Notes: generated from the sequence alone by a model not told the origin. Positions 53,434 to 64,000 are shown, counted from the stretch's first letter. The stretch is 64,000 nucleotides of DNA from an uncultured Verrucomicrobiae bacterium (GCA_963769285.1 CAVYLE010000008.1:9723-73722); one strand, 5' to 3'. Numbers and translations are program-made.

Positions 53434-56400
53434 TCAGCCAGCCCCTCCACACGGCACACGCACAGTGATGGTTGTGCCTTGCTTGGGCGCGGATTCCACC
53501 GTGCAGGTTCCGCCCAAAAACTCAGCCCGTTCGCGCATATTTGTGAGGCCGATTCCACGCCGTTTCCCCTTGCCAGCCTTGCCTCGCTTGGAATCAAATC
53601 CCCGCCCATCGTCCTGGATTTTCAAGACGATGGAATTGCCGTGGAATGCGATCCGGAGCCGGACCTCCCTGGCGTGGGCATGTTTTTCGATATTATTGAC
53701 AGCCTCCTGCATGATGCGAAAGAGATTCAGTTCAAGCGCCGGGGCCAGGCGTTGGTCAATACGTGCGATGCTGTATTTCACCTTCAACTTTGTCCGCGAC
53801 CGCAGCTCCTCGCAGAAATTGCGGGAGGCGGCGGCCAACCCGAACTCATCCAGGTCACTGGGGCGGAGGTTGTGTGCGATGCGGCGGTTTTCCTCCAGCG
53901 CCTGAACGAGCAGCCGGCTGCAGCGCGCGAGGATTTCCCTGGCCGCGGGGTTTAGCGACACCTCACCGGCTTCCACCTTGCGGAGCCTCATTTTTGCAGA
54001 AGCAATGAGTTGGTTGACTCCGTCATGCAATTCGCGCGCCACGCGCAAACGCTCCGCTTCCTGCGCCTCGATGATGCGCAGAGGCAAAAGCCGCAGCTCT
54101 TCTTCGACTCGTTTGCGTTCAGTAATATCGCTGGCTACACCAATGAGTCCAATAGTTCTGCCTTCGTTGTTCTTGATGGCAGAAGTGCTGAGTGAAATCG
54201 GGAATTCAGTTCCATCTTTTCTGTGGTTCAGGAGTTCGCCCTGCCAGGAGCCCCCGAGAGTCTGCCGGAAAATGTGCTCGCAAAGCCCGGGCGGATTCTT
54301 CGGCGACTGAAGAAAATCCGGGTTCCTTCCCAAGACTTCCTCCTGGCGATAGCCGTAGGCTTTAACGAAACTCTGATTGACAAAGGTGAAACGGTTTTCG
54401 CTGTCGGTAATACAAATGAGATCCCGGGCGCTTTGAACCGCGTAGGCCAGCAACCGAATTTGTTCCTCCGCCCGCTTGCGCTCGGTGATGTCTTGCGCCA
54501 CTCCCACTAATCCAATAAGGCGGCCATCCGGATTCACGATTTTGGAAGTGCTCAGAAAGACCGGGAATTCCGTCCCGTCTTTCCGGCGGTCCAACACCTC
54601 GCCGCGCCAGCCGTCAAGGCGGGTTTGCTCCAGAATCTCTGATAACAGCGTCGGTGGATTGTTCGGAGAAAAGAGTATGTCCGGGGTTTTTCCCAAAATC
54701 TCCGCCTCCGTATAACCGTAGGCCTGCCAAAAGGCGCGGTTCACAAATGTGAACCGATCCTCCAGGTCCGTGATGCAAATCATTTCGGCCGTGCTTTCGA
54801 CAGCGTGAGCCAGCATCGCCACCTGCGCTTCTGCGCGCTTGCGCTCGGTGATGTCCTGGATGGTCCCCTCGAAATATTGAACGGCACCGCTGGCATCATA
54901 AACGACGTGCGCGTTCAAGCTGACCGAGATTATGCTGCCGTCTTTGCGGTAATTTTCCTCTTCAAATCCTCGAATCGTCCCTTGTTCCAGCAGCAAACGT
55001 TTCATTTCCGCCCGTTTTTCGAGTGAGACATAAATCTGCCGGCCGACATCGGCCACGCTGGACATCATTTCCTGGGGCGACTGGTACCCGAACATCCGGG
55101 CCAATGCCGGGTTGGCGATGAGGATACGGCCTTCCGGCGTCGTCCGAAAGATTCCTTCGGTTGCGTTCTCGAAGATACTGCGGTACCGGGCCTCCGCATT
55201 CCGCAACGCATCCTCCGTTTCCTTGCGCCGGGTAATGTCGCGCATGAAAGCGAACACGCAGGGCTCCCGCAATTGGAGAAACGTCGCGATGACTTCCACC
55301 TCGATGATCCGTCCATCTTTGCAGCGGTGGCGGGTCTCGAAACGGTCGCTCCCGGATTGGGTAATGCGTTGTGCGTGTTGGACGACCAGTTCCGGAGAAG
55401 GCTCGTTGACCTCCACATCGCTGGTGTGCATGGAAAGCAATTCCTGGCGGGAATAACCGCTCATGCGGCAGTATGCCTCGTTCACGTCCACGATATTCCC
55501 TTCAAGATCCAGCATCCAGAAACCCTCCATCGCGGCGCCAATGATTTTTTGGCTCAATTCCTCGTGTTCCTTGAGCGCCTCCTCGGTTCGCTTCTGCCTG
55601 GTGAGATCGGTATTGATGCACACCACGCTCGCGGACTGATCCTTCTCCCCAGGCACCAATGTCCACCGGCTGTAAACGATGAGCGGCTGGCGGGCCTTGG
55701 TCAATATATGCAACTCGCCATCCCATTCGCCGGCTTGCATCAGTTTCTCCTGCGCTTCGGCAAATGTCGCAGCGTCCTCAAAAAATAAATCCGTGGTGCG
55801 GCGTTCCCGGACTTCGTTCGCAGTCCAACCCAAAATCCGCTCGGCCCCTTTATTGAAATAATGAATGCGCCCTTCCAGGTCGTGGATGATGATCGCATCG
55901 TGTGCTTGATCGAGAATATGCAACAGTTCCCGGATCCTGGCTTCGGCCTGCTGCCGCGCAGTAATGTCACGCATCACAACGACGATCCCGCGGGATTGGC
56001 TGTCCGCGCCGGTTGACACGGCGGCACTTAATTCCACCGGGAAACGGCTGCCATTTTTCCTGAGCATCGTGTACTCAGCGTTTCTCATGACGCCGGTTTC
56101 GAGCATGATGGTTGTGCCCGCCTTCATGCGCTCATGCTCCTCTGGCGGCGTCAAGTCGAAGGCGCTTTTCCACAGCAATTCCCCCGGGCCCGCATAACCG
56201 AGCATTTCCACGGCCTGCTGGTTGGCCATAGTCAGCCGGCCTCGGAGGTTGATCATGCCAACGGCGTCAGGCAGGATTTCAACCAACCGCCGATAATGTT
56301 GTTCGCTGGCCCGCAATGCGGCGGTGGTGTCGCGGAGACGCACGATCGTTCGAATGCGCGCCAGGAATTCATCCGGGTTCACTGGTTTGACCATGTAGTC

Positions 56401-56709
56401 ATCGGCGCCTGTTTTCGCGGCATCGACCTTGTCGGCGGCGCTGGTCGCCATTCCGGAAACCAGAACGACAAAAATGTCCAATAATGCCGCGTCGGCCTTG
56501 ATTTGCCTGCAGATGTCAATCCCGTTCAGGTCCGGCAGCCTTACGTCCAGCAGCACCAGATCCGGCCGCCTTTCGCGCGTCATCTGGAGACACTGCTGCC
56601 CGTTCGACGCCTCCCAAACTTCGTAACCTGCACGGCGCAGAATCATTGAAAAAACTTCAAGGATGTCGGGTTCATCATCCACAACGAGAATGCGGGTCGC
56701 TCTATTCAT
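53434..56709 (-). CDS. hybrid sensor kinase: N-terminal REC, six PAS domains, HisKA_3, HATPase
   Basis: ATG 56709 inside ORF 53434..56763. ILVVDDEPDILE..LVLLDVRLPDLNG. Six PAS units, each ending in D(I/L)T.(R/Q)(K/Q) (DITARQ, DLTRQK, DITRRK, DITERK x3). H-box ELHDGVNQLIA. GIGLTNMRERAEFLGG. Confidence 0.9.
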   Translation of the reverse strand: MNRATRILVVDDEPDILEVFSMILRRAGYEVWEASNGQQCLQMTRERRPDLVLLDVRLPDLNGIDICRQIKADAALLDIFVVLVSGMATSAADKVDAAKTGADDYMVKPVNPDEFLARIRTIVRLRDTTAALRASEQHYRRLVEILPDAVGMINLRGRLTMANQQAVEMLGYAGPGELLWKSAFDLTPPEEHERMKAGTTIMLETGVMRNAEYTMLRKNGSRFPVELSAAVSTGADSQSRGIVVVMRDITARQQAEARIRELLHILDQAHDAIIIHDLEGRIHYFNKGAERILGWTANEVRERRTTDLFFEDAATFAEAQEKLMQAGEWDGELHILTKARQPLIVYSRWTLVPGEKDQSASVVCINTDLTRQKRTEEALKEHEELSQKIIGAAMEGFWMLDLEGNIVDVNEAYCRMSGYSRQELLSMHTSDVEVNEPSPELVVQHAQRITQSGSDRFETRHRCKDGRIIEVEVIATFLQLREPCVFAFMRDITRRKETEDALRNAEARYRSIFENATEGIFRTTPEGRILIANPALARMFGYQSPQEMMSSVADVGRQIYVSLEKRAEMKRLLLEQGTIRGFEEENYRKDGSIISVSLNAHVVYDASGAVQYFEGTIQDITERKRAEAQVAMLAHAVESTAEMICITDLEDRFTFVNRAFWQAYGYTEAEILGKTPDILFSPNNPPTLLSEILEQTRLDGWRGEVLDRRKDGTEFPVFLSTSKIVNPDGRLIGLVGVAQDITERKRAEEQIRLLAYAVQSARDLICITDSENRFTFVNQSFVKAYGYRQEEVLGRNPDFLQSPKNPPGLCEHIFRQTLGGSWQGELLNHRKDGTEFPISLSTSAIKNNEGRTIGLIGVASDITERKRVEEELRLLPLRIIEAQEAERLRVARELHDGVNQLIASAKMRLRKVEAGEVSLNPAAREILARCSRLLVQALEENRRIAHNLRPSDLDEFGLAAASRNFCEELRSRTKLKVKYSIARIDQRLAPALELNLFRIMQEAVNNIEKHAHAREVRLRIAFHGNSIVLKIQDDGRGFDSKRGKAGKGKRRGIGLTNMRERAEFLGGTCTVESAPKQGTTITVRVPCGGAG

Positions 56710-56848
56710 GGGGTGACACTTGCTTGGTTCACAAACCACAGACCATATAGCTGGCTGCCTCAAAAAGGCAAATGCTGAAATGAACTACGAGCCCGAAGCG
56801 GGAGTATTTGCGCCGGGCCGCGCGCGCGACAGGTTTATTCCGCCAACC

Positions 56849-58615
56849 TCAGTCCATATCCAGGTCTTCAATTTCCAAAAAACCGTGCAACTGGCGGATG
56901 CGCGTGGGATGGCGCATTTTGCGGAGCGCCTTGGCCTCGATCTGCCGGATACGCTCGCGCGTGACGCGGAATTGCTGCCCGACTTCCTCGAGCGTGCGCG
57001 CACAACCATCGCCCAAGCCAAAACGCAGTTCCAGCACCTTCCGTTCGCGCTCGGTCAGACTGCACAACACGTCGCCGAGTTTGTCCTTGAGCAGGCTGAA
57101 ACTGGTGATGTCAAAGGGATTGTCGGCGGCCTTGTCCTCGATGAAATCGCCGAAGTTGGTGTCATCGGTGTCGCCAACCGGTGATTGCAGTGAAATGGGC
57201 TGTTGCGCCATTTTCAAAACGGCGCGCACGCGGTCCACGGGAATTTGTATCTCGTCGGCGATTTCCTCGGGCGTCGGTTCGCGGCCATAGTCCTGTATCA
57301 GGCGTTTTTGGGTGCGCATGAGCTTGTTGATGATTTCGATCATGTGCACCGGGATGCGAATGGTCCGCGCCTGATCGGCGATGCTGCGGGTGATGGCCTG
57401 CCGGATCCACCAGGTGGCGTAGGTGGAAAATTTGTAGCCGCGGCGGTATTCAAATTTCTCGACGGCCTTCATCAAACCCATGTTGCCCTCCTGGATCAGG
57501 TCGAGAAACGACAGGCCGCGGTTCGTGTATTTTTTGGCGATGGAAATGACGAGACGCAGGTTGGCCTCGACCATTTCGGTTTTGGCCTGGAGCGCCAGGG
57601 TGGAAAATTCGCGCAGGCGGTCAAAGGTTACCAGATAATCCGAATGCGGCATCCGGACAAATTCCTCGAGCGCCTTGATTTTTTGCCGTTCGGCTTCGAC
57701 CAGATGCCGCTGGGCGGTGGATTCGCGCTGCGCCTCGGCGTCGGACAGCGCGCGCAGGCTGTATTGCAATTTATCGTGAATGTTTTCGGCCACGAGGGCC
57801 ATTTCATCAATCACTTTATGCTTGCAGCAGAATTTGGGGAACACCCTTTGCAGTTTTTGATCCAGCCGTTTGAATGCCGCCAGCGCGCGATTTTGTTTGG
57901 ACTTGTTGTTATGCGCGTTCTGCCACGCGGTGTATTTCTCATCCACTTCCCGGTCAATTTCCTGAATCTGCCCGACCAGCCGGCGCAGCACGCGCAAATG
58001 CGCGTTGTGATTGTCCACCTTCTTGTCGAGAATGACGCGGTCAAACCGTTCCCGCGGCGGCTCGACCAGGAGTTTTTCCGCCAGTGCGATGTGTTCCTTG
58101 CCGGCGAAACCAAGGCTGTAAATGATTTTGCGGACTTCGTTTTCGGCGGCTTCGATGCGTTTGGAAATTTCGACTTCCTGTTCGCGCGTCAGCAGCGCCA
58201 CCTGTCCCATCTGCTTGAGATACATCCGCACCGGGTCATCCAGAATGTCCAGCCGCGTGGCGTTTTCTTCTTCGGTTCCAGGGGTTTTGACGCGGTCCAC
58301 CTCCGCTTGATCCACGATTTCGATGTCGAGACTGCGAAGTTTGGTGAAAATTTGATCCAACTTTTCCGGTTCAATCGCGCTTTCCGGCAGCGCTTCGCTG
58401 ATGTCATTGTAGGTCAGACGCCCCTGTTCCTGTGCGAGGCGGACGAGTTCCTTGATTTTTTCCGAAAATTCCGCATCGGAATCAGTTTGTGGCGAGCCGT
58501 TATGCAACAGAGGCGTAGCGGAATGGAAAGCCTGGTCAGTGAACACCGCGCCATTGAGCCTTCCTTTCTTCGGGAACAAATCCGCCTCGGATTTCCAAAC
58601 CTTCGATTTTGACAT
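56849..58615 (-). CDS. rpoD: primary RNA polymerase sigma factor
   Basis: [86 protein letters not shown]. Confidence 0.95.
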   Translation of the reverse strand: MSKSKVWKSEADLFPKKGRLNGAVFTDQAFHSATPLLHNGSPQTDSDAEFSEKIKELVRLAQEQGRLTYNDISEALPESAIEPEKLDQIFTKLRSLDIEIVDQAEVDRVKTPGTEEENATRLDILDDPVRMYLKQMGQVALLTREQEVEISKRIEAAENEVRKIIYSLGFAGKEHIALAEKLLVEPPRERFDRVILDKKVDNHNAHLRVLRRLVGQIQEIDREVDEKYTAWQNAHNNKSKQNRALAAFKRLDQKLQRVFPKFCCKHKVIDEMALVAENIHDKLQYSLRALSDAEAQRESTAQRHLVEAERQKIKALEEFVRMPHSDYLVTFDRLREFSTLALQAKTEMVEANLRLVISIAKKYTNRGLSFLDLIQEGNMGLMKAVEKFEYRRGYKFSTYATWWIRQAITRSIADQARTIRIPVHMIEIINKLMRTQKRLIQDYGREPTPEEIADEIQIPVDRVRAVLKMAQQPISLQSPVGDTDDTNFGDFIEDKAADNPFDITSFSLLKDKLGDVLCSLTERERKVLELRFGLGDGCARTLEEVGQQFRVTRERIRQIEAKALRKMRHPTRIRQLHGFLEIEDLDMD

Positions 58616-58738
58616 ACGCGTTCAACACTTCCGGTTCATCGCCGAAAGCAAAAACAATATGGAACGGCCGGTCGAACTCGTCAAGCGGGGAAGTGCTTTT
58701 TTTGCAACCGCGACTGAAAAATTGCGGCGGCAAATTTT

Positions 58739-60136
58739 TTATATGTCGAAAGCGGTGTAAATTTCGTGTTTTTTGAGACGTTCCAGAATCATTTCCACCG
58801 TGCGGCCAATCGCGCCGAGATTTTCATGAACGACCCGTTGCGCATTGCGCCCCAACTCCGCGCGGCGGTTTTCATCGGCAAGCAATCCGGCAATGGCGCC
58901 TTCCAATGCTTCCGGGCCGCGTACTTGAATCGCGCCTTTCTGCGCGACAAAACTCCGCGTGATGTCGGCGAAGTTTTGCATGTTTGGCCCCAAAACCATC
59001 GCCTTGCCCAGCGCCCCCGGCTCAATTGGATTTTGCCCGCCGACGGCGGTGAGACTCTTGCCGACGAACACCACCGTCGCGTTTTGGTAAAAAAATCGCA
59101 ATTCGCCGGTGGTGTTGACCAGCAGGCAATCCACCTCGCCTTCGGGAAGTTGCGTGTTCGTGATAATGTCATTGCGGTAAATAAATTTCACGCCGCGCTC
59201 CTGCAACTGCCGTCCGACCTCCCGGGCGCGCTCGAAATGCCGCGGCACGAGCACGAGAAACAGTTTGGGAAACCGCGCCCGCAACCGTTGCGCAATCTCC
59301 GCCAGAAGAATTTCCTCGCCCGCGTGCGTGCTGCCGCCAATTAAAATCGGCGCGTCCGGCGGCACACCGATTTGCCGCAGCAACATCGGCACGTCGAGGG
59401 TGTGGCGTTCATCCAGTTTGGCCGCGTCGAATTTCAAGTTGCCCACGATGCGGATGGCTTCCGGCCGGCAGCCGACTTCCCGCAGGCGCCCGGCGTCGGT
59501 TTCATTTTGCGCGCCGACGCCGGCAAACGAAGCGAAGATCGGCCGGAATAGAAATCCAAATTGTTTATAGCCCCGATACGAGCGGTCGGACAGCCGGGCG
59601 TTGGCCAGAAAAAATGGGATGCCGAGCTTGCAGGCGCGCCAGATAAAATTGGGCCAGATTTCCGCCTCGACGAGCACGATGGCTATCGGGTTGATGACGG
59701 ACAACGCGCGGGTGACGTATTTCCGCCGGTCAATCGGATAGTAAATTTTGCTGATGTGTGTGGGCAATCGGCTGCGCAATTCAGCCATGCCGGTTGTCGT
59801 GGTAGTGGACACCACGATTTTGATGTTGGGCACTTGTGGTTCGAGCGCGTGGATGAGCTGTGTGCACAAATTGACTTCACCGACGCTGACGGCGTGAATC
59901 CAAATGACATGGCGGTTGGTGAGCACTTGTTTGAGGCCTGCGCTGTAATGTCCGAAGCGCTCGCGAAAACCGGGGAGCCAGTTGCCACGCCGCCGCATCC
60001 GCATGAAGTAATACGGCGAAAACAGCACGAAACAAATCGTGAACAGGATGTTATATAGTATGCGCACCCGAAGTCCCCAATCCTGACGGGCATACTTTCC
60101 TGAAAAAAGCCGCCGGGCGCAAAGAAAATGTTTCAA
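58739..60136 (-). CDS. waaA: 3-deoxy-D-manno-octulosonic acid (Kdo) transferase
   Basis: ILYNILFTICFVLFSPYYF..IWIHAVSVGEVNL.. with a GT30 layout. The track start is TTG 60136; GTG 60067 is plausible. Confidence 0.85.
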   Translation of the reverse strand: MKHFLCARRLFSGKYARQDWGLRVRILYNILFTICFVLFSPYYFMRMRRRGNWLPGFRERFGHYSAGLKQVLTNRHVIWIHAVSVGEVNLCTQLIHALEPQVPNIKIVVSTTTTTGMAELRSRLPTHISKIYYPIDRRKYVTRALSVINPIAIVLVEAEIWPNFIWRACKLGIPFFLANARLSDRSYRGYKQFGFLFRPIFASFAGVGAQNETDAGRLREVGCRPEAIRIVGNLKFDAAKLDERHTLDVPMLLRQIGVPPDAPILIGGSTHAGEEILLAEIAQRLRARFPKLFLVLVPRHFERAREVGRQLQERGVKFIYRNDIITNTQLPEGEVDCLLVNTTGELRFFYQNATVVFVGKSLTAVGGQNPIEPGALGKAMVLGPNMQNFADITRSFVAQKGAIQVRGPEALEGAIAGLLADENRRAELGRNAQRVVHENLGAIGRTVEMILERLKKHEIYTAFDI

Positions 60137-60148
60137 AATGGCAACTTA

Positions 60149-61417
60149 TCAGCCGCGAAAGAAAATCAGCCAGATGGCCAGCAGCATCGGCAACAGAAAG
60201 GGCAGCGTGAATTTCAAAACGAATCCGGGAAACGTTGGCATTCGGATTCGCTGCTGGTCGGCAACGGCTTTGACCATGAAGTTCGGCCCGTTGCCGATGT
60301 AAGTGGCCGCGCCGAAAAACACCGCGCCGATGCTGATGGCCAGCAGGTTCAAGGCGTGCTGGTTCAGCAGTTCGCCAACGTCCCTGGCGCCGATCACGCC
60401 GAAAAGCGCGTTAAGAAAACCGAGATAGGTTGGCGCGTTGTCAAGCACGGCGGACAACGCGCCCGCGCTCCAGAAAAACCCCCCGGGCGCGGGGTTATGG
60501 CCAAGCCATTTGCCCGCGTTTTGACCAAGCCAGTCGAGCGCGGGCATCATCGTCGCAAAAATTCCGGCGAACAAAATAGCGACTTCCTGAATCGGATGAA
60601 AGTTGAAATCGTTCGCCGCGTGAATGGATTTCGGGGATGTGAAATAGGAAGCAATGGCCGCAGCAACCATGAGCGCTTCGCGCACAAAAACCGGCCGGGT
60701 CACAAAAACCGCGCCGAGAATGACGGCGAGGAAAAACAAATTCGGCAGTCCGTCGAGCCGCCACGTTTCAGGCGCGGTATCCTGCTCCCGCACTTTGCGT
60801 GGCGCCCGGGTGAAATTGATCCGGTCCACGACGTAAAACATCGCGAGCAGAATTCCAACGCCCGTCGCCCACATCGGCCAGCAATTTTTTGCGACCCACC
60901 AAAACGGCACGCCCTGCAAGTAGCCGAGAAACAACGGCGGATCGCCGATGGGCGTCAGACAGCCGCCGACGTTGGCCACGATGAAGATGAAGAAGACGAT
61001 ATGATACGCCGTGACGCGATATTGGTTCATTCGAATCCACGGGCGAATCAGCAGCATAGCCGCGCCGGTGGTGTTTAAAAAATTGGCGGTAATTGCACCC
61101 AAGAACAAAAAAATGACGTTGGCCGACGGCGTGGCTTCGCCTTTGACGCGGATGTGAATGCCACCGGAAACGACAAAGAGCGAACCGATGAACACGATGA
61201 AACTGATGTATTCGTGCGCGGTGTGCCCCACGCGCGCCGCGGCCTGCAAACCCAGGAAATAATAGCCGAGCGTGATTGCGCCGAGGCCGAGCGCCACTTT
61301 GGGGTAATGCCGCAACCACCATTTGGCCGCCAGCAACGGCGCCAGCGCCATCGCGCCCAGCAACAGCGCGAACGGCAAAATCATCCACGGGTTTGGCGCA
61401 ATGACTTCGTGGCTCAT
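60149..61417 (-). CDS. ArsB/NhaD-superfamily ion transporter (sodium:proton antiporter-like)
   Basis: 422 aa with 10-12 predicted TM segments. MILPFALLLGAMALAPLL..; family assigned by overall resemblance only. Confidence 0.6.
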   Translation of the reverse strand: MSHEVIAPNPWMILPFALLLGAMALAPLLAAKWWLRHYPKVALGLGAITLGYYFLGLQAAARVGHTAHEYISFIVFIGSLFVVSGGIHIRVKGEATPSANVIFLFLGAITANFLNTTGAAMLLIRPWIRMNQYRVTAYHIVFFIFIVANVGGCLTPIGDPPLFLGYLQGVPFWWVAKNCWPMWATGVGILLAMFYVVDRINFTRAPRKVREQDTAPETWRLDGLPNLFFLAVILGAVFVTRPVFVREALMVAAAIASYFTSPKSIHAANDFNFHPIQEVAILFAGIFATMMPALDWLGQNAGKWLGHNPAPGGFFWSAGALSAVLDNAPTYLGFLNALFGVIGARDVGELLNQHALNLLAISIGAVFFGAATYIGNGPNFMVKAVADQQRIRMPTFPGFVLKFTLPFLLPMLLAIWLIFFRG

Positions 61418-61576
61418 GCCTCAAAAGACTGCTTGGGCGCATGAAGGCGGGTCAAATAGAAACGCCGGGAATTATTATTATAAATTTACATTGATATTGT
61501 TCCGTAGCTTATTAAGAATTTCTGCCGGTAAAAGTTAAAGTTTAAAAAACAAAAGATCCGTCATTGAATTAACGAC

Positions 61577-62560
61577 ATGAAAACATCCGGATTCAAATTG
61601 GTTCATTTGGCCGCATTTGCGGTTGGAATGTCTCTGCCACTGGCCTTGCCGCAAAATGCATCGGCGACGGAAAACGTCCCGCACGCGGCGTTTGCGGAAT
61701 GGGCGGATTTGCCCGCGCCCGGTCAGTTGATCGCCGGTTTTCTTTACGACGAATCGGAGGCGTATCACATTTGGGCGAACGGCGGACAGCGCTACAATGT
61801 TGACACTCTGGTAAACGGAGAGCACTACGGCATTGATGTCAACCAGGGTTACTTCACATTTCAATACGGCATCGCCAAAAAATGGGCGGTGGATTTGAAT
61901 GTCGGCGCGACCACCGTGGGCTGGCGCACTTTTTCAAACGACGGCACACCGGGCACAATCCGGAAAACGACGGGTTTGATGGATATCGCGTTTGGCGTGC
62001 GTTACCAGATTTTTGACGAGAACGACACGAATTTGCCGTCGTGGATCCCGACGTTGACCTTCCGCGCCGGCGCGGTGCTGCCGGGCAGTTACACTCAGAA
62101 TCTGCCGTTTGCCCCCGGCGTTCGCTCAGCGGCTATTGAGCCGGAATTTCTGGCAAAAAAACATTTCGGCTGGCCGGGTTTCGGCGCCTATGGCGACGCG
62201 TTGTATCGTTGGAACCGCACGACCGGAAACGACCAGGCCATTTTTGCATTCGGATTATTCCAGCAAATCAAAGGCTGGGAACTGGACGCAGGATATCGGC
62301 ATTTGCAAACCGTCAACGGCACCGGCCTCTGGTATGATCCCGGAACCCAGACGCTTTCCACCAGCGACGGCTCGAACGCTTTTTCCGGGTTGCGCGAAAA
62401 CAATGACTCCGTCGAGGCCGGTTTCAGCTACACGACCTCCAAACGGCACATCAAGTATGCGTTTTACACCCGCACCGTTTTCGACGGCAACAACAGCGAC
62501 CAGAAATTCTGGATTGGCGGCGGCATCGAAATGCCTTTCCAGCTTTTCAAGCGCGATTGA
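61577..62560 (+). CDS. putative outer-membrane beta-barrel protein
   Basis: Signal peptide MKTSGFKLVHLAAFAVGMSLPLALPQNASA. Aromatic-rich alternating strands. Near-C-terminal ..GGGIEMPFQLF. Confidence 0.45.
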   Translation: MKTSGFKLVHLAAFAVGMSLPLALPQNASATENVPHAAFAEWADLPAPGQLIAGFLYDESEAYHIWANGGQRYNVDTLVNGEHYGIDVNQGYFTFQYGIAKKWAVDLNVGATTVGWRTFSNDGTPGTIRKTTGLMDIAFGVRYQIFDENDTNLPSWIPTLTFRAGAVLPGSYTQNLPFAPGVRSAAIEPEFLAKKHFGWPGFGAYGDALYRWNRTTGNDQAIFAFGLFQQIKGWELDAGYRHLQTVNGTGLWYDPGTQTLSTSDGSNAFSGLRENNDSVEAGFSYTTSKRHIKYAFYTRTVFDGNNSDQKFWIGGGIEMPFQLFKRD

Positions 62561-62635
62561 ACCCTGTTCGTTCGCGTGGCTGACGCGAGTCAAATTTACT
62601 TGTTCCCCGCCGGCTGATTTGTTCAATTGCCGCCC

Positions 62636-64000
62636 ATGAGGCAACCATCCGCCGCGCCGCTGCCCATCCAGCCCCGACTTTTCCAGCGGCATTGGACCTG
62701 GTGGTTCATGGTGGCGGTGCTGGTGTTGGTCGCCGTCGCCCGGCTTCGTTTGCTGAATTTTCCGCTTGAACGTGACGAAGGCGAATACGCCTATGCCGGC
62801 CAGCTCATGCTGCAGGGTATCCCGCCCTACCAACTCGCCTACAACATGAAGTTTCCCGGCACGTATGCGGCTTACGCGGTCATGATGGCGTTGTTTGGCC
62901 AGACTCCGGCGGGCATTCATTTTGGCGTGCTGTGCCTGACAACGCTGACGGCGCTGATGCTTTTCTGGCTGGGCAAACAAATTCTCGACGGGACGGCCGG
63001 GATGGCCGCCGCCACCTCCTATGCCGTGATGGCTGCCAGCCCGGCGATGCTGGGACTGGCCGGGCACGCCACGCATTTCGCCGCGTTCTTTGCCACCGCC
63101 GGCTTGTGCGTGATGTGGAAGGCGCGGCAGAACGGCGGCTGGCTGATGGGGTTCACCGCCGGTTTGCTGTTCGGGGTTGGCATTTTAATGAAACAACATG
63201 TCGCGTTCATTGGTTTGTGGGCGGTGATGGCCTTCGCCATAGATCGGTTCTCCCAGACTTCATTGTCAGCAGTCAAACGGCTCGGGTCGGTGGCAGTGAT
63301 GGGTGCTGGGCTGGGGCTGCCGTTTGGTCTGTGTTGTTTGATCCTCTGGCACGCGGGCGTTTTTGAAAAATTTTGGTTTTGGACGATTGCATACGCCCGG
63401 CAGTACGGATCGATCGTCCCGATTGACCAGGCACCGCGATTGTTTTGGGAACGCCTTTGCCACCTGGCCGGTGCGGATCCGTTGTTATGGTTGGTGGCCG
63501 TCACCGGCCTGGGTCTGGTCTGGTTCGATGGCCGGTTGCGGCCGGCGCGGCTCTGGCTTCTGGGATTCTGTCTGATGTCGGCGTTGACCGTCGTTCCCGG
63601 GTTTTTTTTCCGGAAGCACTACTTTCTTTTGACCCTGCCGGCGGCGGCGTTGCTCGCCGGTTGCGCAGTGAGTGGGGTGCGCTGGCTTTGGCGCCAGCGG
63701 GCAGGAAACTCCAGACCTGGCGACTGGCCCGTCTGGTGCTTCGCGCTGCTGGTGCTGGCAACGATCATGGCCAGGAGCGATATCTGGTTTGTAAAGACGC
63801 CCGTGCAAATTGCGCGCGCTCTGTATGGGAACGACCCGCTGCCGGAATCGGAGATCATTGCCAAATACATCCACGACAACTCGACGCCGGACACACGCGT
63901 GGCCGTGCTCGGCTCGGAACCGGAAATTTATTTTCTCGCCCGCCGGCACTCGGCCACCGGCTACATTTACACTTACGGTTTGTTGGAGGAGCAGCCGTTT
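62636..64000 (+). CDS. membrane glycosyltransferase (ArnT/PMT, GT39/GT83-like), 3' end outside window
   Basis: Not in the ORF track because it runs off the right edge. My translation from ATG 62636: MRQPSAAPLP..LNFPLERDEGEYAYAGQLMLQGIPPY.., then many TM segments. Open to position 64000. Confidence 0.6.
   Translation, partial: MRQPSAAPLPIQPRLFQRHWTWWFMVAVLVLVAVARLRLLNFPLERDEGEYAYAGQLMLQGIPPYQLAYNMKFPGTYAAYAVMMALFGQTPAGIHFGVLCLTTLTALMLFWLGKQILDGTAGMAAATSYAVMAASPAMLGLAGHATHFAAFFATAGLCVMWKARQNGGWLMGFTAGLLFGVGILMKQHVAFIGLWAVMAFAIDRFSQTSLSAVKRLGSVAVMGAGLGLPFGLCCLILWHAGVFEKFWFWTIAYARQYGSIVPIDQAPRLFWERLCHLAGADPLLWLVAVTGLGLVWFDGRLRPARLWLLGFCLMSALTVVPGFFFRKHYFLLTLPAAALLAGCAVSGVRWLWRQRAGNSRPGDWPVWCFALLVLATIMARSDIWFVKTPVQIARALYGNDPLPESEIIAKYIHDNSTPDTRVAVLGSEPEIYFLARRHSATGYIYTYGLLEEQPF

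Noticed and set aside
57203-58612. 469-aa plus-strand ORF
   Set aside because: Antisense to rpoD. No recognisable motifs. A shadow frame.
60128-61078. 316-aa plus-strand ORF, and the 224-aa minus-strand ORF at 60768..61442
   Set aside because: They overlap the transporter gene in other frames or on the other strand. Charged low-complexity translations. The 422-aa multi-TM frame is the coherent one.
62255-63076. 273-aa minus-strand ORF
   Set aside because: It overlaps the end of the putative outer-membrane protein gene and lies antisense to the membrane glycosyltransferase, which I translated as a continuous open frame from 62636 to the window edge.

Overview
The window looks like a Verrucomicrobia- or Planctomycetes-type chromosome segment. 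This guess rests on the content seen: PEP-CTERM proteins with an exosortase, Gloeo_Verruco repeats, and dense families of small repeats. No rRNA, CRISPR array, transposase, integrase or phage gene was recognised.

Layout:
- 1-2.3 kb: a histone-deacetylase-family gene that runs off the left edge, a secreted S1/P1-nuclease-like gene, and a tRNA with anticodon CAT.
- 3.2-38.9 kb: a large plus-strand exopolysaccharide (EPS) / O-antigen-like locus.
  - Regulation and export: an AraC regulator, an outer-membrane barrel, a Wza-like exporter and a Wzc-like co-polymerase/tyrosine kinase.
  - Sugar-nucleotide enzymes: a sugar dehydrogenase, two UDP-GlcNAc 2-epimerases and the complete CapE/F/G (FnlA/B/C) L-FucNAc pathway.
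  - Assembly: a Wzx flippase fused to an FkbM methyltransferase, a Wzy-like polymerase, at least seven glycosyltransferases, acyl/acetyltransferases and a WecA-family initiating transferase.
  - Sorting: a PEP-CTERM protein and an exosortase fused to an EpsI domain, followed by a TPR protein.
- 39.1-52.1 kb: a lower-GC surface-protein cluster.
  - A 1157-aa protein with eight near-identical 318-bp tandem repeats.
  - Five PEP-CTERM genes whose 3' ends are conserved at the nucleotide level.
  - A Gloeo_Verruco repeat protein, a DUF4184-like gene and a NusG/RfaH-like paralog.
- 52.7-64 kb: a LuxR-type response regulator, a REC-6xPAS-HisKA_3 kinase, rpoD, waaA, an ion transporter, a putative outer-membrane protein and a membrane glycosyltransferase that runs off the right edge.

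Most notable non-genic signals:
- A conserved roughly 40-bp promoter/operator module with phased GGAC boxes lies upstream of every transcription unit in the surface-protein cluster.
- Several small repeat families sit at gene boundaries, and some are translated inside coding sequences, including the exosortase.
- The PEP-CTERM genes are built as conserved flanks around a variable core.

All family assignments come from motifs read in the translations. No database search was run.
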